64,000 bases of DNA from Amphiscolops sp. MND2022. Its lineage: Eukaryota. The notes under the pieces were generated by a model, which was not told the origin of the DNA, did not search any database, and saw nothing but the letters and a program-made list of their open reading frames with translations. A program made the position numbers and the translations under genes. This document shows positions 14,532 through 27,637 of the stretch, in pieces (the first letter of the stretch is position 1; each line of letters starts with the position of its first letter). The stretch lies in NCBI GenBank assembly GCA_964187785.1, contig OZ076409.1, positions 7,256,001 to 7,320,000 on the forward strand, read 5' to 3'.

Positions 14532-15001
14532 AAACAAGCCAGGACCGTATCTAAGGCTCAAAAATAGCAAAAGGACTTCAATATGTCAAAGTATTGGTGA
14601 GTTGGGGACTCTTTTATGAAAAAAAATTGGAAAAAAAGTCCCACAATGCCGAAAAAACTGAAAGAGAGAACCTTTTGGGGGTTTTCAACATCCATTTTGT
14701 CGCAAAATAGCAAAAAAATTGAAGGGGGACCCTTTGGGGAAAAAATTTTCCGGAAAAAAAGTCTCACAATGCCGAAAAAAACTGAAAGGGGGGACCCTTT
14801 GGTCTCGCCCGGTATGGTATGTTACGCGGGAAAACAGGAAAAGCCTTTTTGGTTCAGTTCGCTAGGCCAAGTATTATAGTGCAATAATATTTTGTAGAAC
14901 TTTTGCAGAACTATTTTGGTCAGTTCAGGTGGTCTTAAAAAAACACTGACGAAAAGCCATGACTATAGTCGACTCTTTTCCAAAGAAAAGCGCCGACTAA
15001 A
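14532..15001 (-). mobile_element. Helentron-like family A copy, left arm only
   Basis: Family termini present; the mirrored site at ~21100-21110 is an empty T-run. Confidence 0.75.
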
Positions 15002-16229
15002 AATACATGACGGTCAGAGACACCTCAGTAAACAATGTCATTTTTAGTCGGCGCGGCGGTCCAAAAACAGGAGTTCTTTATGGAAACGTCCTAGGCATAT
15101 TTCGAATCTGCGCATTTTGAGCCTTAGATATAGCGCCGACTTCAGACGTTCCCGTTTTGTTACATTCAAAGACGCTCAACTCAAAAAGCTTCTCTAAGTT
15201 TTGAGTTATCTTTCTGCTTGATCTTAAATATAATGAGTTTCTCGAAACACCAGAAACTCGTCCAAAACAAAAACATCGACATCCAGAAACTCGAAAACAT
15301 AGATCCCGCCTTGGTGTTTTTCACTCGAATATTTTTCCGCACTATGAGACTTTTTTTGAAGTTTTTTGGACTCCACCAAAAGGTCTCCCCTTCATTTGCT
15401 TCGATATTTTCTAACACAATGGATGTCAAAAAATTCCAAAGGATCCCCCCTTTTACATTTTTTGGCACTGTGACACTGTTCAAAAATCTCCCAGGGACCC
15501 TTTAATTTTGTTCATATTTTGCAACCAAATGGAGTTTCACAAAACCCAAAGGGTCCCCCTTTTACAATCAATTTTGAGCCTTGGATATAGCGCCGACTTT
15601 GGCCGTTACCGGTTTGTTTCATTTTTAATTCAGAAGGAAGGTTGTTCCACAGAGGAACAATTTTTTGAAGCTGTTGCTCAAGTAGCTGCTATTAGTCAGT
15701 GAGTCATGAACTAAGCGATTTGACCTGTTGAGTGCTTTAAGTTTTGCCGTTGTTATTACCTGATGTGGGAAGGCCGGTAAAATTTGTTTTGACATTTCCT
15801 GAAATAAAGAACAGCATTTAGTAAAAAAACACACTGGTAAATTTTTGTATTGTAACTTTAGATTTAAAATTCAAATTGAAAAAAATGATTCACTTGCCAA
15901 AACTACCTTTAAATTGGTTGCAGAAAAGAGTCAGTAAACCTCGAATCTCTTTTCACTTGTGCCTGGTAACCAATTGACGCTTTTCACTTAAAGTTTTTTT
16001 TCCGAAATTGTTTAAATATTGCGTCTTTAACTTATTATTGTTCCTGCTGAATTGAGTGAAATAATCTTTTCTGCATTGTTGAGATACAAAACATCTTAGT
16101 GTTTGTGCATTTCATTTTTACAAATTTTTCCAACAATTTCTAACTGACGCTACTAGATGCTGGTGGGAAAAGGAAAGTATTTACCACCTGGCCTAAAGGT
16201 TAGCCGGTGTTTCTGTGAATAGTGACTGA

Positions 16230-18050
16230 CATTGAGAATAACTTCTCGCCTTTCGTATCGAAAAACTTTTGTTCAAGCACTCCTAGTTGACTTTCACAGG
16301 CGTTATGTATAATGTGGGATCAGAAATAGTTAGGGCAATGATACAGAAGGATTCCTACGGTTTCAATACGTTCACTGGAGTTAGAGTAGGCGCAATACCA
16401 CGAAGTGAAAACCCAAAAAGTTTTTCCTGGCGTGCAGGTGAATGGAATATGGCGGACTTGACTCTCGGAGAAGGCTGGCCAAATGTTTTGGGTCAGAACT
16501 CGACTTGGCAAAGTGGTCCATTGTTTCCGAAATATGACAAGATGAAATGGTTTTTAGTACAAAAAATCTACAAATTGAGTAACCTCCCAGAGGTTGCTAC
16601 AAGTAAAGTGTGCCCATTGGAACATCTAGTTCGACTGTCATAGTGGATTATGATGTCACGAGATTATCGAGTTTGAGCGCTTTAGTGGGGACAGTGGCTC
16701 GAATTTTATCTTTGAAGAATAAAAGAGTCCCACATCTTTGTTGCGTGCCCCAGATGTCAAAACAAATTCAGGACGCAAGGGAGTTTACTATTCGTAAAAA
16801 GCAAATCACTATAGCAAGCGAATTCGCCTCCGCTGTGAAGCAGGTCAATTTGAAAATCTCGGAGCCTTTTTTGATGACAGATGAGTATTAATGGTAGGGC
16901 GTAGGACCAACGAAACAGTTCCAATATTTCCCAAATCACATCTTGGTGACTTGATTATAAAAGAGTTTGACGAGAAGGACACGGAGGCGTTCTTCTGACA
17001 GCTAATAAAGTCAAAACAAAAATCTGTAGGTTAATTTTGCTGAAGGTTCTGAAAAATTTCGGCAATTTTCTAGCTGTCGAATAAATAATAAAGATAAAGC
17101 TGGACCGTTATTGGGACCACATTCCGATGAACAACTGAATCCTTAATTCCCACTCACAAACATTTGCCTGGATCTTTTCCGTCGACTCGATTTGAAGCTT
17201 GAAAGACAATCAAAGCAGTCATATACAATTCTCTTTTTTCGTGGGTGGTGAATTTGGATGTTGTAACTGATTGTTCAACTGAAGAATTCCTACAAACATT
17301 CAAACGATTTGTAGCTTTGGGGGAATACCCTGAAGTTGTACATTCCAATTCAGGTACACAATTAGTAGGAGCAAACAAGCAGTTACAAGGGAATTTCAAG
17401 ATGCTAAGTCAATACGTTCTCGAAAATGAATTCGGCTTGAAGAGAGTCAGATGGAAACTTGCACCTGGTTGTGCTCCATGGCGACAAGCGTGTGCTGAAA
17501 ACGTGATCATTTCGGTGAAGAAATGTTTATCCTTCGCAGTAGGAGGTCAAGTTTTGACACTGATCGAGCTTCAGACTATTCTCTCTGAAACAGCAAATTT
17601 GCTAGATGCCGACCGAACAGCCGTCATCCATCACGCCTCTATGATAGCTTTTACTTGTCACCCAATAGTTTCCTGTTAGGGCGTTCAATGAACCAGCCAA
17701 TGGCTTTCCATTCAACCAATGATCAACGTAGATAGAATTCAGTTGAAAGTACTCTCAGTGCGTTTGGAACAAGTGGCAGCAATCATTTCTACCGCAAATG
17801 GCATATTACAAGAAATGACAGATACAACATCCTAACATACAGCCAGGTGACGTTGTTTTTACTGGACGATCAAAACCTATACATGGGTTGTAGAAACTGG
17901 GAATAGTCGAAAAAAGTATACCCCCATACTTAATTAGAGACATTGAAGTAGATGTTGTAGCGAAAAGATGGCTCATAAACATTGCTGTCTAGGCCCATTC
18001 AGAAATCGGTACTAATTGTACCAAAGAATGCGCATGTTTGATGCCCCCGG
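16230..18050 (+). pseudogene. BEL/Pao LTR-retrotransposon pol relic (RNase H end and integrase)
   Basis: NMADLT...WQSGPLF; integrase-like VNLDVVTDCSTEEFLQTFKRFVA...SNSGTQLVGA...APWRQACAE..IISVKKCL...ELQTILSETANLL; many stops and frameshifts. Confidence 0.8.
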
Positions 18051-18403
18051 AGTGTATCGTTCATTTTTATGAATGACTAAAATTTTGAGTAATGTTTCAA
18101 TGTAATTTCAATATTTCATTTAAAAATCCGCAAATAATGTAGCCTTTGATGATATGTCATTGTGACTTGTGACATTCGACCAATTTTTCCGAAAAGTCAA
18201 ATTAGTTGATGATGTTGATCCGATGTCAGCAATGTAGTGAGTGATATTTACGTTCTTATTTCCAAATTCCTATACCTTTTTGCGAGTTTCCGTTTTTGTT
18301 TAGGTTTAAACTCAAAGCAATTGAAGTTTTACAAATCACTGCTGTAACTCCTAGGAAGACTTCCCCAGTGGTACACTTTTCATTTTTAAGAAACCTTTTT
18401 CCA

Positions 18404-18603
18404 NNNNNNNNNNNNNNNNNNNNNNNNNNNNNNNNNNNNNNNNNNNNNNNNNNNNNNNNNNNNNNNNNNNNNNNNNNNNNNNNNNNNNNNNNNNNNNNNN
18501 NNNNNNNNNNNNNNNNNNNNNNNNNNNNNNNNNNNNNNNNNNNNNNNNNNNNNNNNNNNNNNNNNNNNNNNNNNNNNNNNNNNNNNNNNNNNNNNNNNNN
18601 NNN
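18404..18603. other. Assembly gap (200 N)
   Basis: Run of exactly 200 N, a round size typical of scaffolding joins. Confidence 0.99.
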
Positions 18604-18894
18604 ATATTTTTTTATCTTATACAGAGATTCTCTCAAATAATCTTGACAATTAGGTTGAAGATTATAAAAGTTACTTACCTTGATTTAGAATCAAAAGAAG
18701 ACTAAATAGGAAGAAGATTAGTAAGAAGACTTCGAGAATTCTTCAGCTAATTTAAAACTAAGACAAATCGGATTGGGATTATGAATTTCGATCAAGATTT
18801 CAAGAAAGGTATTCAATAGGAGCAGGTTTCAACTAAGATTTCAAGAAAGGAGCAGGCTGGTCAACTTGTATTGGCAGTAACTAATCACACACTG

Positions 18895-19168
18895 ACAAAA
18901 CGGTTTGTTTATTTTACTCTGTAATCGAACAATTTCAGTCACGTGACCAATGCATCGTTCTCTCAAACACAGAGAAGAGTGAGATTGGCGCCAGCCCGTT
19001 TATGACGGCGCGTTGCTATGGTTACCGGCACAAAACGGTTTGTTTATTTTACTCTGTAATCGAACAATTTCAGTCACGTGACCAATGCCTCGTTCTCTCA
19101 AACACAGAGAAGAATAAGATTGGCGCCAGCCCATTTATGACGGTCGGCGCGTTGCTATAGTTACCGAC
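18895..19168. repeat. Tandem duplication, 2 x ~135 bp
   Basis: Units begin ACAAAACGGTTTGTTTATTTTAC at 18895 and 19030. Confidence 0.9.
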
Positions 19169-20127
19169 ACATTAAATTAGCACAAATTATGAAGTCAATA
19201 TTGATGACTATGATTAATTCTCTCTGAAACTCTAAAATCTTCAAATACAATTATCACTCATGATTATCAAAACGAATTAGCTGACTGATAAATTTAATTA
19301 ATAATTCATTTATAATAAGAATTAATAATTAATAACAAGGAATAATTCCTTTTTTAAACACTTTTTTTAAAACCTTTACTTAATTTATGACAATCAATTT
19401 TAGATATAGTGTAAAGTATTTCCACAGTCCTTATTTTGAACAATGTTATTTTCAGACAAGGTTTGTTTTATTCGTTAAACTGGTAAAAAAGTCTTGAGCT
19501 ATCAAAACTTCTGACCTAAGTTGACTTCTGAAGTTAATATTGATGACGTTCTTACAAATCAATACAAACAGTGCATTCTCTTAAACACAGAGAAGAGTGG
19601 TAACTTGTTTTACAAAGTTCGGACAAAATGCAATTTTGACAACTGAATATTGACTAAAAATGGCGCTTTTCTTCATTGATAAAATAAGCATATAAAAACT
19701 TAATTACAACACGCAATCTAATTGTTACAAAAATTTAGCACAAATTATGAAGTGATGATAACATTTTTACAAATCAATACTATAATTAATATAATTAAAT
19801 ATTAATTTACAAGTTCTTCGAATCACTAGATTAATTGACATATGCTGAACCAAGTTCGCATTTACAAATTCTTTAAATCACTAGATCAATTGACATATGC
19901 TGAACCAGGTTTGATATGCAGATTGAACAAATTGACTAAATTTGATTGAACTAAAAATTTTTAAGTTTGAGATAATTAATTAATTAAAACATTTAAATAG
20001 GCCAAATCCAAATTATGTGTGTCATTCATTGAAGTGTCCTTGATGTGTGCTGATGGGCGATGAACCAGAAGGAATACAAATGGTCCTAAAACATAAATAT
20101 TGTAAGTGCTGAATAAACAAGGTGTGG

Positions 20128-20600
20128 TACATATTTCGCGATATCTTGCAGTGGAATCCACTGTTGAAAACAGCAGCTGTCAAAAACTGCGGAATTCGCT
20201 TGCACAACAGCGGAATCCACTGGTGCTGTTGCGGAATCCACTGGTGCTGTTGCGGAATCCGCTGTCGCAGCAGTGGATTCCACTGTTTTTTCCTCTACAT
20301 TACGAAAGCTTGTCCTTGGAATCCGCTGTTTTTATGCTGTGTAATATTATGTGACCCCGGATTCCGGTACAGCGATTGCGGAATACACTGTTGTCTAATA
20401 TAATAATATATGCCTCTGAATTCCACCAAAAATTCAATGTAAAGAGATTTGTCCCCGGAATCCAGAAAAAATCGCAAGCGGAATCCGCTGCACATGTTTT
20501 AAAGTGTGTCTTTGAAATCCGTCATTTTAAACAGCGGATTCCAGGTCTGGTAGGTGCTACCTGCGGTTAGCAGTCAATTCCGCAGTTTTCAAAAAGTGTA
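20128..20600. repeat. Element built from repeated (GC)GGAATCC/GGATTCC motifs, probable MITE
   Basis: Many GCGGAATCC-like motifs in both orientations, a 21-bp tandem at ~20210-20260, weak terminal inverted similarity. Confidence 0.5.
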
Positions 20601-21535
20601 GGGATATGCGTCGTAATGGGCTCAAAAAGCGCAGATTCGAAATATGCGTAGGACGTTTTCATCAAGAACTCCTGTTTTCGGACCTCCGGCTCCTCTTACA
20701 AAAACGCATTATAGTTCGGATAAAACGTCAAAAGTTCGGATATAGCGCTTAACTCCGAATATTACGGGGGTGGACTTCAATAAAATCGGAGGGGGGACCC
20801 TTTGAAGACAAAAAACGTTTTGTAAAAAAAGTCTCAGAGCGCCAAAAAAAATTGAAAGGGGCCCTTTAGTCTTATCCGGTTTTGTATGTTACGTTTAAAA
20901 AGTAAAAACTGAAGGTGGGACGCTTTGCCATAACTTACATGCGTTTCCCAGGCATTCGTTTAGCTGAACAAACTGAAAAATATTTCGTCGCTTCGAGTCT
21001 GTTTCACAAAAACTAGTGACTGTAATAGTCGGGCTCTTTTATTATTAAAAGCGCCGACTAAAAATGACATTGTTTACTGAGGTGTCTCTGACTGTCATGT
21101 ATTTTTTTATGTTTGCATTGATATTGGTTTCTGCAAAATTATTTTTCTACAATTTTACGCTTCTACAATTACCTTTTGATCCAGATACTTCATACAGCTA
21201 TCCGAACACTTAATGATTTCAACACGTATTAGTTTCAAAAGTTCTGCAATATCTGAACACTTCACTTAGCTCCTGAAACATGCATTCTTTAACGTACATG
21301 TTTCCATGCACCCTTTATTATTCATGTTGCCATATATTCCCACAGTGGTTATCTGCATTATATCAAAGTTCATAATTAATTCCGTTGGGGGCAGTATTGT
21401 AATTTAGCCGAAGATGTATTTACGATAAATTCAAAATCAAATGTTGAACTTTAAGTTCACCATACAGTACCGCGGCTTTTGGTTTGCCAATGCTAAGTTG
21501 GCCAATGTGCAGAACATGATAATGTTAGTCGTGAT

Positions 21536-24114
21536 ATGTTTTGTTGGCAAACACGGTCAACGCGGTCATATCTCAGAACGGCTCCTACTTGCTTTCTGTC
21601 CACCAAAATGGCTCTGAAAACAATGTGCCGAAACAAAGCTGCCGAGCGATTCTGCACTATTCTCAGTTCCCAAACATCCTTCAAAACTACTAAATCTTCC
21701 TTCAGAAGCATCGTTTCTGAGCCGGGTAAGCTGAAAAAGACAGCCCTTTACGACTACCACGTGCAAAATGGCGGCAAAATGGTCCCGTTTGCAGGGTATT
21801 CGATGCCAGTTCAATACAAAGACGGGGTTCTTAACTCACACTTGTTCTGCAGAAGTGATGTTGTTATTTTCGACGTGTCCCATATGTTGCAAACTTCCGT
21901 AAAAGGCAAGGACGCAGTTCCGTTTTTGGAAAGTTTGACAGTTTGCGACGTTGAGGGTTTGAAACCCAATTGCGGAAGTTTGACTGTTTTTACCACGAAA
22001 CAAGGAACCATTGTGGATGACCTTATTATCAACAAAATCACCAATGACGATATTTACGTCGTGTCCAACGCAGGATGTGCAGAAAAGGATTTGACAATGT
22101 TACATAATCAAGAGATGGAGTTCCGTGAATGTGGCAAAGATGTTACAGTCCAAATCATCCAGAAGTCTTTGCTGGCGGTGCAGGGTCCAAAAATGATGAA
22201 CTTATTGCAACCACTTGTGGATTTCGACATGAAAGCCATGCCCTTCATGACAACCCGGATGACAACAATCGCTGGCATTGGTGACGTCAGAGTTACCAGA
22301 TGTGGCTACACTGGCGAGGACGGTGTCGAAATACAAGTTGCTAACGACAAAGCAGCCGAGTTATGCGAGCTGTTGACGAGCGACAAAAATACTGAATGCC
22401 GATTGGCTGGTTTAGCCGCACGTGACAGTTTGCGACTCGAGGCAGGTCTTTGTCTGTATGGCAACGACATCGACGAAACGACGACTCCGAACGAAGCTTC
22501 GTTGTTGTGGCTGATCGGCAAAAACCGAAGACGTCTCGGAGGGTTCCCGGGCTCGGATATCATCTTGAGACAGATCGAGGACAAGAGCACAGTGCAGAAA
22601 AAGCGAGTGGGGATGGTAGTGGAGGGGGTTCCGGCTAGACAGGGTGCCGCAGTGCTGGATGCTGAAGGGTCTTCCAAAGTTGGCACTGTGACCAGGGATG
22701 TTTGAGATACTTCTGATAGAAAAAAAATTCTTTTTCACTGAAAAAGTAGTTACTGCAAAAGTAATTCTCCCGACGGCTTCATTTTTGAAGCCCAAAGATC
22801 TCTTAAATTTCTATCAAGATTTTTAGTCGACGCTTCATGAAGTGAAACGCGACTATAATGGTGACTTTTTTCAATCCACATGAACTTACAAAAATTGTTC
22901 TACAGGTTCTACAAAATTTCAAGGGGGCAAATGGTCCACTTCAGGGAGTTCAACTAAAATAATTGTTCCTTTTTTTCAGCGTAAGATACATTGTACATAC
23001 CGGGCGAGACAAAGGATCCCCTTCAGTTTTTTGGCAATGTGAGACTTTTTGAATTTTTTCTCCAAACGGCCCCCCTCAATTTTTTGATGTTTCGCGGCAG
23101 AATAGATGTCGAAAAATACTAAAGTGTCCCCTTTTCAGTTTTTTTTCGGAATTGTGAGACTTTTTCGAAATTTTTCTCTCAATGAGTCCCCTTCAATTTT
23201 TTGATGTTTTGCGACAGAATGGATGTTCAAAAATCGGAAAGGGTCCCCCTTTAGCGCACCAGGGGCCCGCGCTAGCGTGCACCGGCCCGCCAGTTTAGTC
23301 GTCTGCGTTTTTCGAAAGTGTTTCGAAACTCCTCTCGAGACTTTGATGTCCTTTTGCTATTTTTGAGCCTTAGATGTGGCTCCGACTTATGCCGTTCCCG
23401 GCTTGTTTATTTTGATTAAGTTGAATCTCAGACCATAATTGCTTGAAAATTTTGTACTGAAATTGTTGTATTGAAAAGTTTTTGAAATATTAAGAAATTG
23501 CACTCCACTTTTCGTAGATTTCATTAAAAATCACAATATTGATTGTCCATATCGTAGACGTAATTGTACGTATGCTTGTGTAGCTCCAAGTAAGTCTGAA
23601 AATTTTCCCAAAATATTTTTCCACATATATTTTCACTGAACGCATCTAAGTGTCCCCCTTTTCAGTTTTTACTTTTTAAACGTAACATACAAAGCCGGAT
23701 GAGACTAAGGGCTTCCTTTTCAATTTCTGTGACGCTGTTAGATTTTTTTCCGGATTTTTTTTGTCTTCCAATGGTCCCCCTTCGATTTTATTGAAGTCCC
23801 CCTCGGAATATCCGGAGTACAGCGCTATATCCGAACTTTTGACGTTATATCCGAACTATATTGCGGTTTAGTAAGGAGGAGGCGGAGGTCCGAAAACAGT
23901 CGATACTTATTTTTGCAGTGGTGATATTCTAACATCCCTGACTTGAATTAGTGGGTGTCCCTCTCCCAGCTTGAAGCAGAACATCGCCATGGCATACGTG
24001 CACTCGAGTGTGGCCAAAGTTGGCACAAAACTCGGAGTGCAAGTGAGGAATAAAACCTACGAAGCTGTCGTCACAAAAATGCCCTTTGTGCCTACAAAAT
24101 ATCACATCGTGTAA
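21536..24114 (+). CDS. AMT: Mitochondrial aminomethyltransferase (glycine cleavage T protein), 2 exons: 21536-22695 and 23952-24114, ~440 aa
   Basis: GCV-T motifs [44 protein letters not shown] and [20 protein letters not shown]. The missing C-terminus ([17 protein letters not shown]...[14 protein letters not shown]) lies 1.26 kb downstream and joins in phase 2. The N-terminus is R/S/T-rich and presequence-like. The donor site is non-canonical (see findings). Confidence 0.92.
22693..23940. mobile_element. hAT-like non-autonomous element forming the AMT intron (mirror copy 11700-12946)
   Basis: TIRs CAGGGATGTT (22693-22702) and AACATCCCTG (23931-23940). Flanked by 8-mers ACTGTGAC and ACTTGAAT in the positions expected of an 8-bp TSD. 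Contains nested Helentron-like repeats. Confidence 0.7.
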
Positions 24115-27100
24115 ACTAAACTGAAACTTGACGAGGAATTTGATGACTTGATGAATAACTGGCCCATAATTTTATACAAAACTATACAAAAGACACATAT
24201 CTGAGGCTGTTGAATACCATTTCCACCAAAATTCTCAGTAGTTGTCGTTTTCTAAAGGATGCATTTAGTTTCCTGAAACAGATTTTATAATGTAGGTTCG
24301 TTTTCATGGTGGAATGTTTTCCCGAAAAACCTTTTTTCACCCCACGTCCAAAAGTTTCAAATGATTTAAAAATATTGAAAAAAAAAACAATTTTTCATTG
24401 ATAGCTCCACTAGGATACCACAAAGGTAAAGAAACTGTTCACGAAGCGAAATTCCGATGCGGAATGAATTTTCATGTTTTTATTAGACAAAAAGTCTTAG
24501 CAACAAAAGTTTCCCAAATTTCGATCCGAAGTATAATAAAAGTTTTGTCCGAAGCAAAAATGCAAGAGTGAACGCAGTGTAAAAATCATCGGAATTCTCC
24601 AAAAGAATCTTGCATTTAAGTGGAAACCTTGATAAGAAAGAGCGCGAAGAATATATAGGATCTTGCAGGACCTGGCCAAGAAATTCGAGAGAAGAGCTAA
24701 CATATGTGAATGAAAAGAAACAAAAACTGTCGCCAACTGCGGCTTAGTGTCGGACCTATTATAGGCCTATGCCACAGCCGCTCATGCTACCCACCAAGCA
24801 ATCACATCCTGAAATCAATACTTTGTGTTGCAAAATAACCACCACTTCAAAGAATTAGAGGGAAGCTGGTAATGCGAACAATGTTTGTTTTACGAGTTCT
24901 TTATTTTCTTGAAACGCTTGATAAAATTCTCACTAAGATTCCTTTTAGCAACTTCGAGTGTTTTTTAAGAGTGTGCAAGAATATGAAAGTTCTTGGCAAG
25001 AGTTTCAAGATACTTGGCACTACGAAATCACCGGGTATGTCAGTGAGTTTCGAGAATTCAAGTCTTGCGCTTTTCCATAGGAAAGAGTGCCCAGCTCATA
25101 CTGTGCAAGTCTTTTGTCTTTTTTAACAAAAAGAAATGTCTTTTTTACAATTGTCTAGCCAAAGAGCCTGTGGTTCACCTTTTGAAATTTCTAAATGTTT
25201 ACATAAATGAGGATATTACGATGAAGAAAAGGGTCTTCCGTTTGGATGTTTTTGGCGTTTAAATGTTTTGAAGTTTTGAGCCAAGAGAAAGGCTTTTTCA
25301 GCCCAAAAAATTATATAAATCCTTATTGTACAAAAATAACTTTGTCATTTGTCCTAGAATTTTCAGAGAAAAGTGTTTGTAGATTTAAAAAACTTGGCGG
25401 TTTTGAATCTGGAGCGGGGCGCTGCCTTAGGACGTTCGTCTTGTTTGAAACTTTTTGTTCAAAATCATAAACTCAGTTGTTCGTTAAAAATCGGCGCTCC
25501 TTTTCATTCTGCTGGAAGTTAGGATTTTACTACGTTTCCTTGAAACGCTGCTTTAGAGCATCCTCACCACAAATTGGTTATAAAGCGCAAACATTTGTTT
25601 TTGTTCAGAGAATTTTTTAACGTTTTGGAATACAAAAAATTAAAAAAAATTTTTGCCACAAACACAAAGGGGAACTCTTTACTGTTTCAGTTTCGTACAT
25701 CACGTGAAAATGAGGAAAATTGAACGGGAAGACCCTTTGACCCTTATTATTTTCCGCCCCCACAAATTATTGTGTAGGGGAGGAAAATTATATTCTGTGT
25801 TGCGTTTTTTTTCCAAAATATGCCGAAGCTCCATATTCTCCATACTAGTTGCTATTTGAGGTACAATGGCTCAATTGGTAGTGCGTCTGCCTAAATAGTT
25901 ATCGGTAATTGTGCAATTATTGCTATTATTGACTTTTAGTAATGATACAGAAAAAGTTTCGGACCATCTTTCTCATCGCTCCCACCGCAGATACACAATG
26001 TTTCTTAACCCCCTCCCAACACGAATTTGTTTCGACACTTGAAGCAAAAATTCCCCGGAATTTTCGATATTTTTTTGACAAAAAAAGCAAAAATTCACCT
26101 CCGGGACAAGCCTAAATTGTATAGTAAAGCTCCGAATACAATGCAAATTTTCTCCGTCATAAATTAAAATGGCTTGTATGGTGTGAATCACCATACATCG
26201 GTACAATGGTTCAGGACTGAAAATATACCATTGCTCGAGAAGGGTCTTGATGAATTGATTGAATGCAATTAACTCTTTGACTCAGTTTTGGTGTCAAAAT
26301 TAAACTTGTTAAGATCTCTATTTTAATAATTGAATAATTGAATAATTCAAATAAGCTCTTTTCTCGAACGCTGTTAATTTTTATCAATACGACGAAATTT
26401 CCGACGACGAAATTTCCGACGACGAAATTTCCGACGGCGATATTTCCGCCTCCCGTTGGATCGAACCCGTGCTGATGAGTAACATTTTTACCGGGATATA
26501 TCCCGGTGCTTAAGGGGCGCCTTATTGCTTAGATATTAGGCTAGAATATTGTTCAGAGTGGAAATTGTAATCTTATCAGTTCAGTCTTGTAGTGAATCAG
26601 TGGAACTAGCAGTTCAGAGATTTTGACTTTAATTAACTAAAAAAACCCAAGTTGATCCACACCGCATTGCCAAATTTTCGTTCGAATAACATTCCTCGGG
26701 ATTGTCTCAATCGTCATATCATCATGGTAAACATACAGCGTGATTGCGTAAAGTAGTCATTTACTGTATGATGATCACTACGCGTAACGCCAAATCACAC
26801 TGTGTAACAAGCAAAACACGTAACGCGTCTTTGAACCAATAACGCGTTTTTATTGGCTGTTAATCGAACTAGCAAGATCTTGCTAGTTCGTTGCGGCATA
26901 TGTATCGTAATGATAGTTATACGAAATCGATGACACTTGAAAGATTCGTGCAGCAACTGTCAGATAGGTTAGATATCTGAGTGATGCTACGATTCGTACT
27001 AAGAATGGTAATACAAAAAGCATGCCTTTCAAGATTTCCGTGAAACTAATACTTGTAGCGAGACAGGTTTCATTATGTATTCAAGTTCAGTTTTCAACAA

Positions 27101-27637
27101 TGGTTTTTGAGATCCTGTTGTAACAAGCAGATCAGATTTCAGGAGTTGGAAACAATTTTCGACGACTTATGCAGTCGTGCCTTTTTCTCCAGACCTTTCA
27201 AGGAAAATTTCAAATTTCTCGAAAACTGTCCATACAATTTTGATAAAATTTAGCACAGTCATTCTACACCCAAAGGGGCCCCTGCGTGCACAATGACATC
27301 AAAATCGTGTGACTGGGATCTGAGAAACAGCTAAAATTAGTCCAAATATGACCAAATGACAGTAAAGTACGTAATTTGTTTTTTCAATGTTTTAATCCGT
27401 TTCCGACTCCTTTATACCACACATGCATGCGGATCTGGGTGCATATAGTAAAAATTTTATTTCAATGGTAAAATTTTAATTCAATGGTAGAGCAAAAAAT
27501 CTAATCTGTTGTTACTTTTTGGTTTAGATCAACTGAAATTTGAAAACATTTAGTCGTTGTGGGATGATGAATTAGTTCACATCAAAATAGAATTTATTTG
27601 TGAAATCAATCAATCAAGGCGTGACATTTTTAGTTCG

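Larger units (their letters stand above)
1..15123. repeat. Left arm of a large inverted duplication (runs off the left edge of the window)
   Basis: Base 1 onward is the reverse complement of sequence ending at 35037. Mirrored ORFs include 256-447/34591-34782, 7673-7945/27638-27910 and 12934-14103/21536-22705. Homology can be followed inward to ~15123/20619, with indels. Confidence 0.95.

Noticed and set aside
18256..18640. ORFs of 114-126 aa
   Set aside because: They span the N gap.
20140..20560. CRISPR-like or Cys-rich coding repeats
   Set aside because: No constant repeat with unique spacers; eukaryotic context; the ORFs are by-products of the repeat.
22697..22705. Canonical GT donor at 22700 for the AMT intron
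   Set aside because: Phase 0; incompatible with the phase-2 acceptor at 23951.
23911..23950. Alternative AMT acceptor TTTTGCAG at 23918
   Set aside because: In the required frame it meets an in-frame TGA before exon 2.
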